From Caulobacteraceae bacterium (GTDB lineage Bacteria > Pseudomonadota > Alphaproteobacteria > Caulobacterales > Caulobacteraceae): a stretch of 64,000 nucleotides of DNA. The stretch's first letter is position 1, and the number at the start of each line of letters is the position of its first letter. Where the stretch lies: the NCBI GenBank assembly GCA_035493955.1, contig DATJHI010000003.1:971-64970 (forward strand). Reading direction: 5' to 3'. The notes beneath the pieces were generated by a model. That model did no database searches and was not told the DNA's origin. It saw only the letters and a program-made list of their open reading frames with translations. Below, one piece after another: positions 40,976-50,938 of this stretch. The translations under genes and the position numbers were made by a program.

Positions 40976-41698
40976 CTATTTGCGGTCGGCCCCATGGCGC
41001 TGGATCTCCGCCGGGCTGATCGGGATCATCGGCGCGGCGGCGTTGTAGGCGTCGGCCTGTCCCAGGCCGATGGCCAGGGCCCGGTGTCCTTCCCACATCA
41101 TGTGCAGCGCCACGTAAAGCACGATGGCGAGGCCGAGGTAGCCGATCCATCGGTGGCGCTGCAGCAGGCGCGCGATCCAGCTTGCGGCCACGCCGATCAG
41201 GATGATCGACAACAGCAGGCCGCCGATCAGGACCGCCGGATGGTCCCGGGCCGCGCCCGCCACCGCCAGGACATTGTCGAGCGACATGGCCAGGTCGGCG
41301 GCCAGGATCTGCAGGAAGCCTTCACGGAAGCTCTTCGGGGCGGCGTTCGCTTCGCCGTTGAGGCCGGTTTCGCCGCCGTCGCGACGAACGTGATCCTGCT
41401 GGCGCAGCTCGCGCCACATCTTCCAGCATACCCATAGCAACAGGATCCCGCCTGCGAACAGCAGACCGACGACCCGCAGCAATTGGGTGGCGATCAGGGC
41501 GAAGCCGATCCGCAGCAAAACCGCCGCCGCCAGGCCCAGCACGATCACCCTCCGGCGCTGGCGGGGCTCCATGCCCGCGGCGACCATGCCCACGGCCACC
41601 GCGTTGTCTCCGGCCAGCATCACGTCGATGATCATCACCTGGACGAAGGCGGTGAACGCCCCGCCGGACAGCTCGCCGAACAGACTCAAGGCGAAGGC
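40976..41698 (-). CDS. TerC-family (YjbE-type) integral membrane protein
   Basis: Duplicated DN(A/V)LAV motifs (MLAGDNAVAVG and MSLDNVLAVAG). Start proposed at TTG 41698, 9 nt after GGAG. The track start 41839 adds a non-membrane leader. Confidence 0.75.
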   Translation of the reverse strand, partial: AFALSLFGELSGGAFTAFVQVMIIDVMLAGDNAVAVGMVAAGMEPRQRRRVIVLGLAAAVLLRIGFALIATQLLRVVGLLFAGGILLLWVCWKMWRELRQQDHVRRDGGETGLNGEANAAPKSFREGFLQILAADLAMSLDNVLAVAGAARDHPAVLIGGLLLSIILIGVAASWIARLLQRHRWIGYLGLAIVLYVALHMMWEGHRALAIGLGQADAYNAAAPMIPISPAEIQRHGADRK

Positions 41699-41927
41699 TC
41701 CTGGATCACGACGATTTTGGGCAAGCGCCGCGCGGGCTTTAGAGCATGGAGGGCCTTCCGCGTCGACAGCGCGAGGGGCGAGCCTTCCTGATTCTGAAGG
41801 ACCCCCGGGGCGCTTTACAAATCCATGCGCCATGGGCACGACGGCGGCCTGGGAAAGCCGTGCTGCCGACCGCCAACTTGGGCGCCGCAGACGTCACGGG
41901 GTGGGGACGCAAATGGGTTGCCGAGAC

Positions 41928-44606
41928 ATGCGTCGGGCGGCGCTCCCCGGGGTGGGCCTGGCGGCGGTTTGCCTGCTGTCGCCGATGGCGGCCTGGGCGG
42001 ACGATCTCGCCCTGGCTGCCCCGGCGGAGGCGCCGGCGGGCGGCTCCGTCGCGGCTTTCGACACCGTGATCGTCACCGCCCGCAAGCGCGAGGAGGCGGC
42101 GCAGACGGTGCCGATCTCGATCACCGCCTATGACCAGGTCGCGCTGGATCGCCTGGACATCAGGACCCTGGCGGACCTGCGCTTCAGCGCCCCGTCGGTC
42201 TATACCGCGCCGTCGACCTTCCGGCAGGACACCCTGAACATCACCATCCGCGGTCAGCGCAACTTCGACAGCGCCGGGCTGCAGTTCGACACCGCCGCGG
42301 CGGTCTATGTGGACGGGGTCTATTACGCCCGGCCGGTCGGCCTGACCGGGGCGCTGTTCGACGTCGACTCCGTCCAGGTGCTGAAGGGTCCGCAAGGAAC
42401 CCTGGTCGGACGAAATTCCACCGGGGGAGCGATCCTCTACCAGACCCGCCAGCCGACCGGCGATTTCGGCGGTTTCCTGAAGCTCACGGCCGGCGACCAT
42501 GGCCGCCGCGAGTTGCAGACGGCGGTGAACCTGCCGCTGAGCCCCACCCTGGCCGTCCGCGCCGCCCTCTCGGACAACCAGCTCGCCGGCTACATCAGGA
42601 ACGATTTCCGCGACCCGGCGACGGGGGCGGCAAACACCACGCCGGGCATGGGAAGCCGCCAGATCACCGGGCGGATATCGATCAAATGGACCCCAGACCC
42701 GAGCTTCAGCCTGTTGCTGCGCGGCACGGCGGCCGCCGAGCACGACACCGGCACGACCTATCACGACCTCGGCTATTTCGAGGGGACGACCCTGGCGACG
42801 GGGGGGAGGCCGTCGATCTGCAACATCCCCGCGACCTGCACTGGTTTCACCGACCTCAAGGGCCGGATGATCGCGCCCTATTACGCGGACGTGGCGTCCC
42901 GCACGGTCAACACCGCGGCGGCGGCCTACAACGCCCCGCTCAATTCGCTGCGGCGGGAACAGGCGGCCGGCTTTTGGAGCGCCGAACAGGCGGTCAGCAA
43001 CTACAACGTCGGCCATTACACCACCTTGTCGGCGGCGGCCGACAAGGTCTTGGGCTCCGTCGAGGTGAAGCTGGCCGGGGCCTATCGGGCCTGGAACACC
43101 AAGGGCGTCTCGTCCAGCCGCGGCCTGCCGTACGTGACCAACCTCTTCACCTACGCCACCCCCGACTACACATCCTACCAGTCGGAGCTGACGGTGAACG
43201 GGACCGCGTTCGGCGGCCGGCTGAAATGGACCGGGGGTCTGTTCTATTTCCGCGAGGCCAGCCCCGACGACGGCGACCAGCTCTATCTGTTCCTGCCGGC
43301 CGGGGTCGCGCCGGCGGCGGCGGCCGGCAAGCAGATCACCTACACCGACCCGACCGACAACGACGAGCGCAACACCAGCTACGCCGCCTACGCCCAGGGG
43401 ACCTATGACCTGGGGGGCGGGACCCGGCTGACGGCGGGCCTGCGCTACACCAGGGATCAGCGCTTCGCCCACCTGGCCACCCAGACGGTGCGGACCCCGG
43501 CGACCGCGGCCACCACCGCCACCGTGGCCAACGGCGTGTTCGACCCCTCCAGCTTCACCATCCTGGGGATTTCCTACGCCGGCCAGACGCGGGCCTGCGC
43601 CCTGACCGACAGCGGCGGCGTGCTGCTGCCGCTGGCCCGGTGTTCGGTCGAGATCAACCGCACCTTCGCCAAGCCCACCTGGACCCTGGCCGTCGACCAC
43701 GATCTGGCCGCCCACACCCTGGTCTACGCCACCGCCCGGTCCGGCTATCGGTCGGGGGCGATCAACAGCGCCGCGATCAATCCCAATGTGGTCGTGGCCA
43801 AGCCGGAAGACGTCAACGACTACGAGGTGGGCCTCAAGTCGGACTGGGCCCTGGGCGGCGTTTTGCTGCGCAGCAATCTGGCCGCCTATTGGATGGCCTA
43901 CCGCAACATCCAGATCCAGACCTCCCTGCCCAACGTCACCATCGCCTCCGGGCCAGGAGGCGCCCCCTGCACCCAGGCGGTGTTCGACGCCGGCCAGTGC
44001 GTCGGCGCCAGCAACGACAACGTGACCCTGAACGCGCGGGCCGCCCGCGTCCGGGGGGTCGAATGGGAGCTGACGGCCAAGCCGGTTCCGGCCCTGACTG
44101 TGGGCCTGTCCGGCAGCTACCTGGATGCGGTCTACACCGACTACAGCTTCAGTCCGCCCGCCGGTTACCTGTTGCCGACCGGGCGGACCGACCTGTCGGG
44201 GACGCCCTTCCCCCTGCCCCAGTGGCAGGCTACGGCGACCGCCGCCTACGCCATCAAGGCCGACGCCCTGAAGACGGACGCCTTCGACGAGGTGGTGGTG
44301 AGCGCCCGCGGCTATTGGCAGAGCCACGTCATGGCCGACATGCGACCTTATAATCCTGTGCAGCATACCCGCGCCTATACCCTGGTGAACCTGCGCCTGG
44401 ACTTCACCGGCGTCGCCGGCCGCCAGATCGACTTCAGCGTCTTCGCCGACAACCTGTTCAACCGGAAGGTCTGCCTGCCCGAATCTCAGGGCGTGCTGAA
44501 CTCGGCGCCCAACGGCACCTTCGGCGTGGCCGGAACCAGCGGTTTGCTGCAGTGCCTGCCGCTGGCCCCGCGCATGGCCGGGGCCAGCCTGCAGTACCGG
44601 TTCTAG
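41928..44606 (+). CDS. TonB-dependent receptor
   Basis: Signal peptide MRRAALPGVGLAAVCLLSPMAAWA, plug (VIVTARKREE..Q.VPISI), and a beta-barrel ending ...SLQYRF. ATG 41913 is an alternative start. Confidence 0.9.
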   Translation: MRRAALPGVGLAAVCLLSPMAAWADDLALAAPAEAPAGGSVAAFDTVIVTARKREEAAQTVPISITAYDQVALDRLDIRTLADLRFSAPSVYTAPSTFRQDTLNITIRGQRNFDSAGLQFDTAAAVYVDGVYYARPVGLTGALFDVDSVQVLKGPQGTLVGRNSTGGAILYQTRQPTGDFGGFLKLTAGDHGRRELQTAVNLPLSPTLAVRAALSDNQLAGYIRNDFRDPATGAANTTPGMGSRQITGRISIKWTPDPSFSLLLRGTAAAEHDTGTTYHDLGYFEGTTLATGGRPSICNIPATCTGFTDLKGRMIAPYYADVASRTVNTAAAAYNAPLNSLRREQAAGFWSAEQAVSNYNVGHYTTLSAAADKVLGSVEVKLAGAYRAWNTKGVSSSRGLPYVTNLFTYATPDYTSYQSELTVNGTAFGGRLKWTGGLFYFREASPDDGDQLYLFLPAGVAPAAAAGKQITYTDPTDNDERNTSYAAYAQGTYDLGGGTRLTAGLRYTRDQRFAHLATQTVRTPATAATTATVANGVFDPSSFTILGISYAGQTRACALTDSGGVLLPLARCSVEINRTFAKPTWTLAVDHDLAAHTLVYATARSGYRSGAINSAAINPNVVVAKPEDVNDYEVGLKSDWALGGVLLRSNLAAYWMAYRNIQIQTSLPNVTIASGPGGAPCTQAVFDAGQCVGASNDNVTLNARAARVRGVEWELTAKPVPALTVGLSGSYLDAVYTDYSFSPPAGYLLPTGRTDLSGTPFPLPQWQATATAAYAIKADALKTDAFDEVVVSARGYWQSHVMADMRPYNPVQHTRAYTLVNLRLDFTGVAGRQIDFSVFADNLFNRKVCLPESQGVLNSAPNGTFGVAGTSGLLQCLPLAPRMAGASLQYRF

Positions 44607-44619
44607 AACGGGGCGCTGA

Positions 44620-44692
44620 AAACCGGTTTCGAACCCAAATAAATTTGGTTTTCCCTATAGGGAGGTACAGCGATCGGAAAACTAGTTTTCCG
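44620..44692. promoter_or_regulatory. Cluster of four perfect short palindromes upstream of the RTX gene
   Basis: AAACCGGTTT (44620-29), CCAAATAAATTTGG (44635-48), CCCTATAGGG (44653-62), CGGAAAACTAGTTTTCCG (44675-92). The half-site GTTTTCC/GGAAAAC recurs three times. Confidence 0.5.
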
Positions 44693-44807
44693 AGACGGAT
44701 TCTTACGTGACTCCCAGGAAATTTGTCGGCAACTATTCAGAAGGGAGCTGGCGCAATCTAGGGGTCGCGGCCGAATGCTGCGGCGCTTTTCTCTTGGGGG
44801 GAGAACT

Positions 44808-45704
44808 GTGGCGCTTTGGACCTATTATAATCCCGCCTACGCGGGATCGGCCTTGGGCTTTGTCACCGTTGCAGACACGACCCACATCGTCGTCTCCTCG
44901 CCCGGCGCGTGGTCCGACACCTTTTATGGGTCGTTCACCTACGGCTTGAACGGTTCCGTCACCGGAGGCGTGCTTACGGAAGTCGATGAGACCAACGGAA
45001 GTCTTCCCGTGTTGACGGTGACCAATCTTTCTATTGCGGCCGCACCCTATGCAACGGCGGTCCTGGCCGGAGATACGAACACCGCCCTCAACCTGCTCAC
45101 GGCCGGAAGCGATTCCATTCAAGGGTCGATCTATGGCGATGGCGTCTACGGCGGGGGCGGGAACGACACGGTCATCGCGCTTGACGGCAATGACACTATC
45201 GACGGTGGGGACGGCAACGACGACGTCAACGGCAACAAAGGCGAGGACGCCGTTCTAGGGGGCGCCGGCGACGACACGGTCCGCGGCGGCCAGGGCGACG
45301 ACACCATCTTTGGGGGCGACGGAAACGACCCCCACGTCAACGGCAACATCGGCAACGACAGCGTCTCCGGCGGCAACGGCAACGACACGGTCTATGGCGG
45401 CCAGGGCAACGACACCATCCTTGGCGACGCGGGCAACGACTCGCTGTCCGGCGATCTCGGCAACGACATCATGCTCGGCGGCGCCGGGGCGGACCGATTT
45501 TACATCGCTCCGGGCGGTGGAATCGACGCCATTGGCGATTTCCACCCCGGCGAAGGCGACCGGATCGCCATGCCGGCGGGAACCCACTACACGGTCACCA
45601 GCGTCTCGGGGCAGGTTGTGCTCGATCTCGGCGCAGGCACGGAGATCGTCTTGACCGGCATTGCGGCGGGTACTTTCAGCGCGGACTGGGTGATCGGCGT
45701 CTAA
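44808..45704 (+). CDS. RTX-type calcium-binding repeat protein (putative type I secretion substrate)
   Basis: About 12 consecutive GGxGxDxxx nonapeptides (GGGGNDTVI, GGDGNDDVN, GGAGDDTVR ...). Start proposed at GTG 44808, 4 nt after GGGAGA. Confidence 0.85.
   Translation: MALWTYYNPAYAGSALGFVTVADTTHIVVSSPGAWSDTFYGSFTYGLNGSVTGGVLTEVDETNGSLPVLTVTNLSIAAAPYATAVLAGDTNTALNLLTAGSDSIQGSIYGDGVYGGGGNDTVIALDGNDTIDGGDGNDDVNGNKGEDAVLGGAGDDTVRGGQGDDTIFGGDGNDPHVNGNIGNDSVSGGNGNDTVYGGQGNDTILGDAGNDSLSGDLGNDIMLGGAGADRFYIAPGGGIDAIGDFHPGEGDRIAMPAGTHYTVTSVSGQVVLDLGAGTEIVLTGIAAGTFSADWVIGV
45150..45497 (+). repeat. Coding tandem RTX nonapeptide repeats (GGxGxDxxx)
   Basis: 27-nt periodicity with recurring ggcaacgac / ggcgacgac units inside the RTX CDS. 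Confidence 0.85.
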
Positions 45705-45875
45705 GCCGAAGGCGATCGTTTAAAAGCCTTTCGGGGCGGGATTTGCGCGAAAACCGGTATCCACCTTTCGCATCCCGCTCTAAGGCTGCGGCGAGGTCCG
45801 TTCGGCGGTTTTGCCGGCCAAGACGGTGGAGGCCCGCGGGGCGGGCCGCGAAACCCACCTTCCAGGATCCCGGGA

Positions 45876-46739
45876 ATGTCGAGCGACCGTTATATCCTCA
45901 AGATGATCTGCCCCAACCGTCCCGGCATCGTCGCGGCGGTCTCGGTCCTGTTGTTCGAATGCGGTGGCAACATCCTGGAAGCGCACCAGTTCGACGACAC
46001 CGAAACCACCCGCTTCTTCATGCGGATCGTCTTCAACTTCACGAACGAGACCGGTTCGATCGAGGCCGTCCGCGCCGGCTTCGCCCCGATCGCCGAGCGG
46101 TTCTCGATGGATTGGGAGATCCGCGGCGCCGACCAACGCCAGAAGGTGTTGCTTATGGTGTCGAAGTTCGACCATTGCCTGGCCGACATCCTCTACAACT
46201 GGCACACGGGCGAGCTGCCGATGGACATCACCGGCATCGTCTCGAACCATCCGCGCAGCACCTACGCCCACCTGGATTTCGGCGATATTCCCTTTCATTA
46301 CCTGCCGATCACCAAAGACACCAAGGCCGAACAGGAAGCGCAGGTCTGGAGGATCTTCCAGGAAACCGGGTCCGAGACGGTGGTGCTCGCCCGCTACATG
46401 CAGATCCTGTCGGACGACCTTTCCGCCAAGCTTTCGGGTCGCTGCATCAACATCCACCATTCCTTTCTGCCGGGGTTCAAGGGCGCCAAGCCGTACCACC
46501 AGGCGCATCAGCGCGGGGTCAAGTTGATCGGGGCCACCGCCCACTACGTGACCGCCGACCTGGATGAAGGTCCGATCATCGAGCAGGACGTGGAACGGAT
46601 CAGCCACCACGATTCCGCCGAGGACCTAGTGCGGAAGGGCCGGGACATCGAGCGCCGGGTGCTGACGCGGGCGCTGTCCTTCCATCTCGACGGGCGGGTG
46701 TTGAAGAACGGCTCCAAGACGGTCGTCTTTCGCCTCTAG
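45876..46739 (+). CDS. purU: Formyltetrahydrofolate deformylase
   Basis: N-terminal ACT domain ([12 protein letters not shown]), then the formyltransferase core ([15 protein letters not shown]). 287 aa. Confidence 0.95.
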   Translation: MSSDRYILKMICPNRPGIVAAVSVLLFECGGNILEAHQFDDTETTRFFMRIVFNFTNETGSIEAVRAGFAPIAERFSMDWEIRGADQRQKVLLMVSKFDHCLADILYNWHTGELPMDITGIVSNHPRSTYAHLDFGDIPFHYLPITKDTKAEQEAQVWRIFQETGSETVVLARYMQILSDDLSAKLSGRCINIHHSFLPGFKGAKPYHQAHQRGVKLIGATAHYVTADLDEGPIIEQDVERISHHDSAEDLVRKGRDIERRVLTRALSFHLDGRVLKNGSKTVVFRL

Positions 46740-46826
46740 GGCGCGACAGGACGCTGGACGGCCGTGGCGCGACTGCGCTAACGCCGGGACCGGCCTATCG
46801 CACCACTTTCGAGCTTGGGACATCGC

Positions 46827-47729
46827 ATGAGCGCGCAGATCATCGACGGCAAGGCCGAGGCCGAGCGGCTGCGCGGCGAAATCGCCGTCGCGGTCGAAGG
46901 TTTGAAGCGCGGGCATGGACTGACGCCGGGTCTGGCCGTGGTGCTGGTCGGGGACGATCCCGCCAGCGCCATCTATGTCCGCAACAAGGGCGAGCAGACC
47001 AAGGCGGCGGGGATGCACTCGGTCACCCACCGCCTGCCGGCCGACGCGACGCAGGCGCAGGTGCTGGCCCTGGTCGCCGAGCTGAACGCCGATGCTGCGA
47101 TCCATGGGATTCTGGTGCAGTTCCCCGTCCCCGATCACATCAGCCAGGCCGCCATCCTGGCGACGATCAGCCCGGACAAGGACGTCGACGGCCTGACGGT
47201 GATCAACGCCGGACGGCTGGCGTCCGGTCTTCCGGGCCTGGTCGCCTGCACCCCTTACGGCTGCCTGCTGCTGTTGCAACGCTCGGTGGGCAATCTGCGC
47301 GGCAAGCGCGCGGTGGTCGTCGGCCGGTCGAACCTGATGGGCAAGCCCATGGCCCAGTTGCTGCTGCAGGCCGATTGCACGGTGACGATCGCCCATTCGC
47401 GCACCGCCGATCTGCCCGGCGTCTGCCGCGAGGCGGACATCCTGGTCGCCGCGGTGGGCCGGGCCGAGATGGTCAAGGCCGACTGGATCAAGCCCGGAGC
47501 CGCGGTGATCGACGTCGGCATCAACCGGGTTCCGTCGCGCGATCCGGAAGCGGCTGCGGCCGGCAAGACCCGCGTGGTGGGCGACGTCGCCTTCGAAGAG
47601 GTCAAGGCCGTGGCCGGCTGGATCACCCCCGTTCCCGGCGGCGTGGGGCCCATGACCATCGCCTGCCTGCTTCGCAATACGGTGGTCGCGGCCTGCAGAC
47701 TGCACGGAGTCGAAAACCCGCTGATCTGA
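46827..47729 (+). CDS. folD: Bifunctional 5,10-methylene-THF dehydrogenase/5,10-methenyl-THF cyclohydrolase
   Basis: [10 protein letters not shown]..., [35 protein letters not shown]. Start at ATG 46827. Confidence 0.95.
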   Translation: MSAQIIDGKAEAERLRGEIAVAVEGLKRGHGLTPGLAVVLVGDDPASAIYVRNKGEQTKAAGMHSVTHRLPADATQAQVLALVAELNADAAIHGILVQFPVPDHISQAAILATISPDKDVDGLTVINAGRLASGLPGLVACTPYGCLLLLQRSVGNLRGKRAVVVGRSNLMGKPMAQLLLQADCTVTIAHSRTADLPGVCREADILVAAVGRAEMVKADWIKPGAAVIDVGINRVPSRDPEAAAAGKTRVVGDVAFEEVKAVAGWITPVPGGVGPMTIACLLRNTVVAACRLHGVENPLI

Positions 47730-47985
47730 CGCCAGCAACGGCGTTATTGCAGGCGCCGGCGCCCAACCGTTCGGCGCCGCCGCTGAGTCGGCCCGGCCTG
47801 GACGACATCTGGGCGAAAGTTGCCTGGTTTGTGTGCCATCCGTCCATTTCCAGCCTAAATTTTCGGCGCCATGGCGCGGTTCGCTGCAAGGCGGGAGCTT
47901 TGGCCTGGGTTCGTCGCCTCTCCCCGGCGAAGTGTCTGCCAGCCGGTTCTCATTCAGCCGGCAATAGCAAAGCAAGGGGATTGGA

Positions 47986-49218
47986 ATGAAAAATCGCGCA
48001 ACGGCGTTCGCCGTAGCGGTGGCTGCAGTTACGCTCGGAAGCGCGACCGCAGCTCTGGCGGAAGATGCGAAGGCGCCCGAGGCTCCGAAGGCCTGGGCCG
48101 ATACCATCAAGGCGAGCGGCTGGATCGATGCCGGCGTGACCTTCAACACCAAGGACGCCCCGTCGGGGGTGAACTTCGGACACCTGTTCACCGACAAGAC
48201 CAACAAGCTGCTGTTGAACCAGCTCGGTGTGACCATCGAGCGGCCGATCGACTCCAAGGCGACGGATGTCGATTTCGGCTTCAGGTTCCAGGGCATGTAC
48301 GGGTCCGACGCCCGCTACACCCACTTCCTCAACCTGTTCGACAAGTCCAAGGAAACCGGCCAGTTCGACATCGTCGAGGCCAACGTGCAGGCCCACCTGC
48401 CCGTCCTGACCCCCGGCGGCGTGGACGTGAAGGCGGGCTCCTACGTCACCCTGGAGGGCTTCGAAGTCATCCCCGGGACCGGCAACACCTTCTATTCGAA
48501 GAGCTATGTGTTCAACTTCGGCATTCCGCTGAAGCACACCGGGGTGATGACCGTCACCCACGTCAACCCGATGTTCGACCTCTATCTCGGCGTCGACGCG
48601 GGCGTGAACACCTTGCCCGGTCACAAGGACAACAACGGCGCAGCCGGCTTCCACGGCGGCTTCGGGATCAACACCGACAAGGTCACCATCCTGGCGACCA
48701 CCCATATCGGTCCCGAAAACCCCCGCGGCACCCCCGGCATCCGCCCGAACCACGACCTGCGCTACCTGAACGACGTGGTCATCACCTGGAAGGTCAGCGA
48801 CAAGCTGACCGCCGTCACCGACGCCAACTACATCAAGGACGACGCCTTCAAGGCCTCGGGCGGCGGCGTCGCCCAGTACCTGATCTATGCCGTCAACCCG
48901 CAACTGTCGCTGTCGGGCCGGGCCGAGGTCTGGGCTGACCCGGACGGCTTCTTCGTCTGCGGGTTCCCGGGCAACCAGGACTTCGCCAACCTGCAGAAGG
49001 GTCTGCCCAACAGCTCCTTCTGCGGCGGCAGCACCACCTATGGCGAGCTGACCTTCGGCGCGACCTACAAGCCGGTCACCACCGGTCCGCTGACCGGCGT
49101 GATGCTGCGTCCCGAACTGCGCTTCGACTCCTCGCTCAATGGGACGAAGCCCTACGCCGACGGAACCAAGAAGGGTCAAGTCACCCTCGGTTTCGACGTC
49201 GTTGTTCCCTTCGGCTGA
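47986..49218 (+). CDS. Outer-membrane beta-barrel (porin-like) protein
   Basis: Signal peptide ending ALA, alternating beta-strand pattern throughout, and an aromatic-rich C-terminus (...FDVVVPFG). AAGGGGA RBS. Confidence 0.7.
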   Translation: MKNRATAFAVAVAAVTLGSATAALAEDAKAPEAPKAWADTIKASGWIDAGVTFNTKDAPSGVNFGHLFTDKTNKLLLNQLGVTIERPIDSKATDVDFGFRFQGMYGSDARYTHFLNLFDKSKETGQFDIVEANVQAHLPVLTPGGVDVKAGSYVTLEGFEVIPGTGNTFYSKSYVFNFGIPLKHTGVMTVTHVNPMFDLYLGVDAGVNTLPGHKDNNGAAGFHGGFGINTDKVTILATTHIGPENPRGTPGIRPNHDLRYLNDVVITWKVSDKLTAVTDANYIKDDAFKASGGGVAQYLIYAVNPQLSLSGRAEVWADPDGFFVCGFPGNQDFANLQKGLPNSSFCGGSTTYGELTFGATYKPVTTGPLTGVMLRPELRFDSSLNGTKPYADGTKKGQVTLGFDVVVPFG

Positions 49219-49278
49219 CCCGCCGAAGCTTAGAACCCGCCACGGCCGGTCAAACGGCCGGCCGTGGCCAACGTCATG

Positions 49279-49315
49279 GAGGCCGGCGTCGCAAAGAGCG
49301 GCGCCGGCCTCTTTT
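49279..49315 (+). terminator. Rho-independent terminator after the porin-like gene
   Basis: GAGGCCGGCG ... CGCCGGCCTC 10-bp stem followed by TTTT. A second GC hairpin (GCCACGGCCGG/CCGGCCGTGGC, 49239..49268) precedes it. Confidence 0.6.
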
Positions 49316-49465
49316 GACTGCAGAGAACCCATCGCTAACGAGAAAGAGGCATGGTGTCGTCGGTCCGACGGGGCTTGACGGATAGAGGGTCGGCGCCACG
49401 TTCCTGACGCGGATGCATGATCTTCAGGGGGATCGGAAGCGGCAGACGCGTTGTTGGGAAGTCCA

Positions 49466-50284
49466 ATGAACAGTCGACGACGCAACCGGGACGGCGATCC
49501 TCGAGCGGGGCCTTCCGCTTCCCGTCCCGCCCCGGCGCCGCGCGGCCTTTCAAGCTTGGCCACCCCGCCCGACGGTCTCTCGGCCAAGCGGAAGCGTCTG
49601 GCTCCGGTCGTGGTTTTAAGTGTCGCCGCGCACCTGTTGATCCTGCTGGTGCTGTTCCCGGCGCGGCGGGACCCGCCCATGGCCCAGTCCGAGCCCATGG
49701 CCGTCAGCCTGGTTGCGCCTGCACCCCAGGCCCCGCCGTCGCCGCCAGCCCCGGCCCAGGCGCCCGCCGCCAAACCACCCCCGCCGCGGAACATCGTCAG
49801 GCCTACGCCCAGGCGTCCCGACCGGCCCGCCCTGGCGGCGGATGTGGAGCCCACGGCGGTGGTGGAGCCCGGGCTGTCCGAGGGTCAGTTGGTCGGCGCG
49901 GCGACCGCCGGCTCCGGCGCCGGAGGCGGAGGCTGCGACATGGTGCGGGCGCTGCAGACGGCGCTGCGCAAGGATCCGCTGGTCCGGGCGGCCGTGGCCG
50001 ACCCTCAGCGCGCCGGCAAGGCCTTCATGGTCTGGGACGGCGACTGGGTCAGGCACTCGGGCCAGGAGGGCAGGGGTCTCGCCGCGGTCCGCGAGGCGAT
50101 CCTGTGGGAGGTCGGGTTCGCGCCGGCGGCGTGCCGGACCCAGACCGTGCACGGCCTGGTGTTGATCTCATTGAGCGATGCGCCAGGCGCCGTCCGCCTG
50201 GCGGTCGGGGCCGGTCAATGGCGGTGGTCGGACCTGCTCACCCCGCGCCGAAGCTTCTCGTCCGACGAGACGGTGAGGGAATAG
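49466..50284 (+). CDS. Membrane-anchored Pro-rich protein with TonB-like architecture, function unknown
   Basis: Basic N-terminus, one TM (APVVVLSVAAHLLILLVLF), Pro/Ala-rich spacer, and a C-terminal globular domain of about 110 aa. TTG 49451 is an alternative start. Confidence 0.5.
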   Translation: MNSRRRNRDGDPRAGPSASRPAPAPRGLSSLATPPDGLSAKRKRLAPVVVLSVAAHLLILLVLFPARRDPPMAQSEPMAVSLVAPAPQAPPSPPAPAQAPAAKPPPPRNIVRPTPRRPDRPALAADVEPTAVVEPGLSEGQLVGAATAGSGAGGGGCDMVRALQTALRKDPLVRAAVADPQRAGKAFMVWDGDWVRHSGQEGRGLAAVREAILWEVGFAPAACRTQTVHGLVLISLSDAPGAVRLAVGAGQWRWSDLLTPRRSFSSDETVRE

Positions 50285-50335
50285 GATTCTCCGGCAAGAT
50301 CGAGGGGCCGCCCGGGGGCGCGCCCCTCGCAGCGG

Positions 50336-50938
50336 TCAGGCCAGGACGACCACGACCACGCGCCGGTTCTGCGCCCGGCCGACCTTGGTGTTGTTGGGAG
50401 CGACCGGATCCTCCTGCCCGTAGGAGATGGTCGCCATCCGGTTCAGGGCCACGCCCTGCTTGTTCATGAACAGGCGCACGGCTTCGGCGCGGTCCTCGCC
50501 CAGTTTCTGATTATAGCTGGGCGTGCCCACGGCGTCCGTGTGGCCCTGGATCTCGACATAGACGTTGCGGTTGTCGGCCTTCAGCTTCTGCACGAAGTCC
50601 ATCAGCCGGGTCTGGGCCTCCGGCGACAGGCTGGCGCGATCGAACGGGAACTTCACCGAGTCGTCCGACAGCACCATCGAATAGAGGAACTTGCCTTCCG
50701 CCAGCTTGCCCGCCGCCGTGGCGCGCTGCAGCGCCTCCTGGGTGTTCTTGTCCAGTTGAGCGAGGCGGGTGTCGTGGGTCTGCAGGGCGGCCTGCTGATC
50801 GGCGACCTGGCCCTGGGTGCTTTGCAGCTTGGTGTCGACGACACCGACCTGCTCACGAACGAAGCCTTTGGTGGCGCACCCTCCAAGGGTGAGGGCGCCG
50901 GCGGCGACGGCGAGGATGGCGGGTCTCAGTTTCTGCAT
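50336..50938 (-). CDS. OmpA-family peptidoglycan-associated lipoprotein
   Basis: Lipobox LTLGGC after the signal peptide, a coiled-coil segment, and the OmpA_C motif (GHTD..G....N..L...RA..V). Confidence 0.85.
   Translation of the reverse strand: MQKLRPAILAVAAGALTLGGCATKGFVREQVGVVDTKLQSTQGQVADQQAALQTHDTRLAQLDKNTQEALQRATAAGKLAEGKFLYSMVLSDDSVKFPFDRASLSPEAQTRLMDFVQKLKADNRNVYVEIQGHTDAVGTPSYNQKLGEDRAEAVRLFMNKQGVALNRMATISYGQEDPVAPNNTKVGRAQNRRVVVVVLA

Noticed and set aside
41699-41927. Possible yybP-ykoY manganese riboswitch upstream of the TerC-family gene
   Set aside because: The region is GC-rich and lacks the conserved GGGGAGUAG-type core. There is no support from the sequence alone.
41739-44366. 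875-aa ORF antisense to the TonB-dependent receptor
   Set aside because: Same artefact: Gly/Arg/Pro-rich translation with no recognisable domain, and full overlap with a receptor gene that has signal peptide, plug and barrel motifs.
45150-45497. Periodic repeats that might be mistaken for a CRISPR or tandem-repeat array
   Set aside because: The period is 27 nt and in frame, encoding GGxGxDxxx calcium-binding nonapeptides. There are no spacer-like unique segments.
45705-46826. Possible ZTP (pfl) or THF riboswitch upstream of purU or folD
   Set aside because: I looked for the conserved ZTP elements (GGGUCGUGACUGGCG-like 5' domain and CCGCCUGGGC-like 3' domain) and found none. Only a generic hairpin (GGGAT..GCGAAA...TTTCGC.ATCCC, roughly 45740..45790, coordinates not indexed base by base) is present. 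A covariance-model scan would be decisive.
46626-49854. 556-aa and 634-aa minus-strand ORFs over folD and the porin-like gene
   Set aside because: They run antisense to genes with clear FolD and beta-barrel signatures, and their composition is typical of spurious high-GC ORFs.
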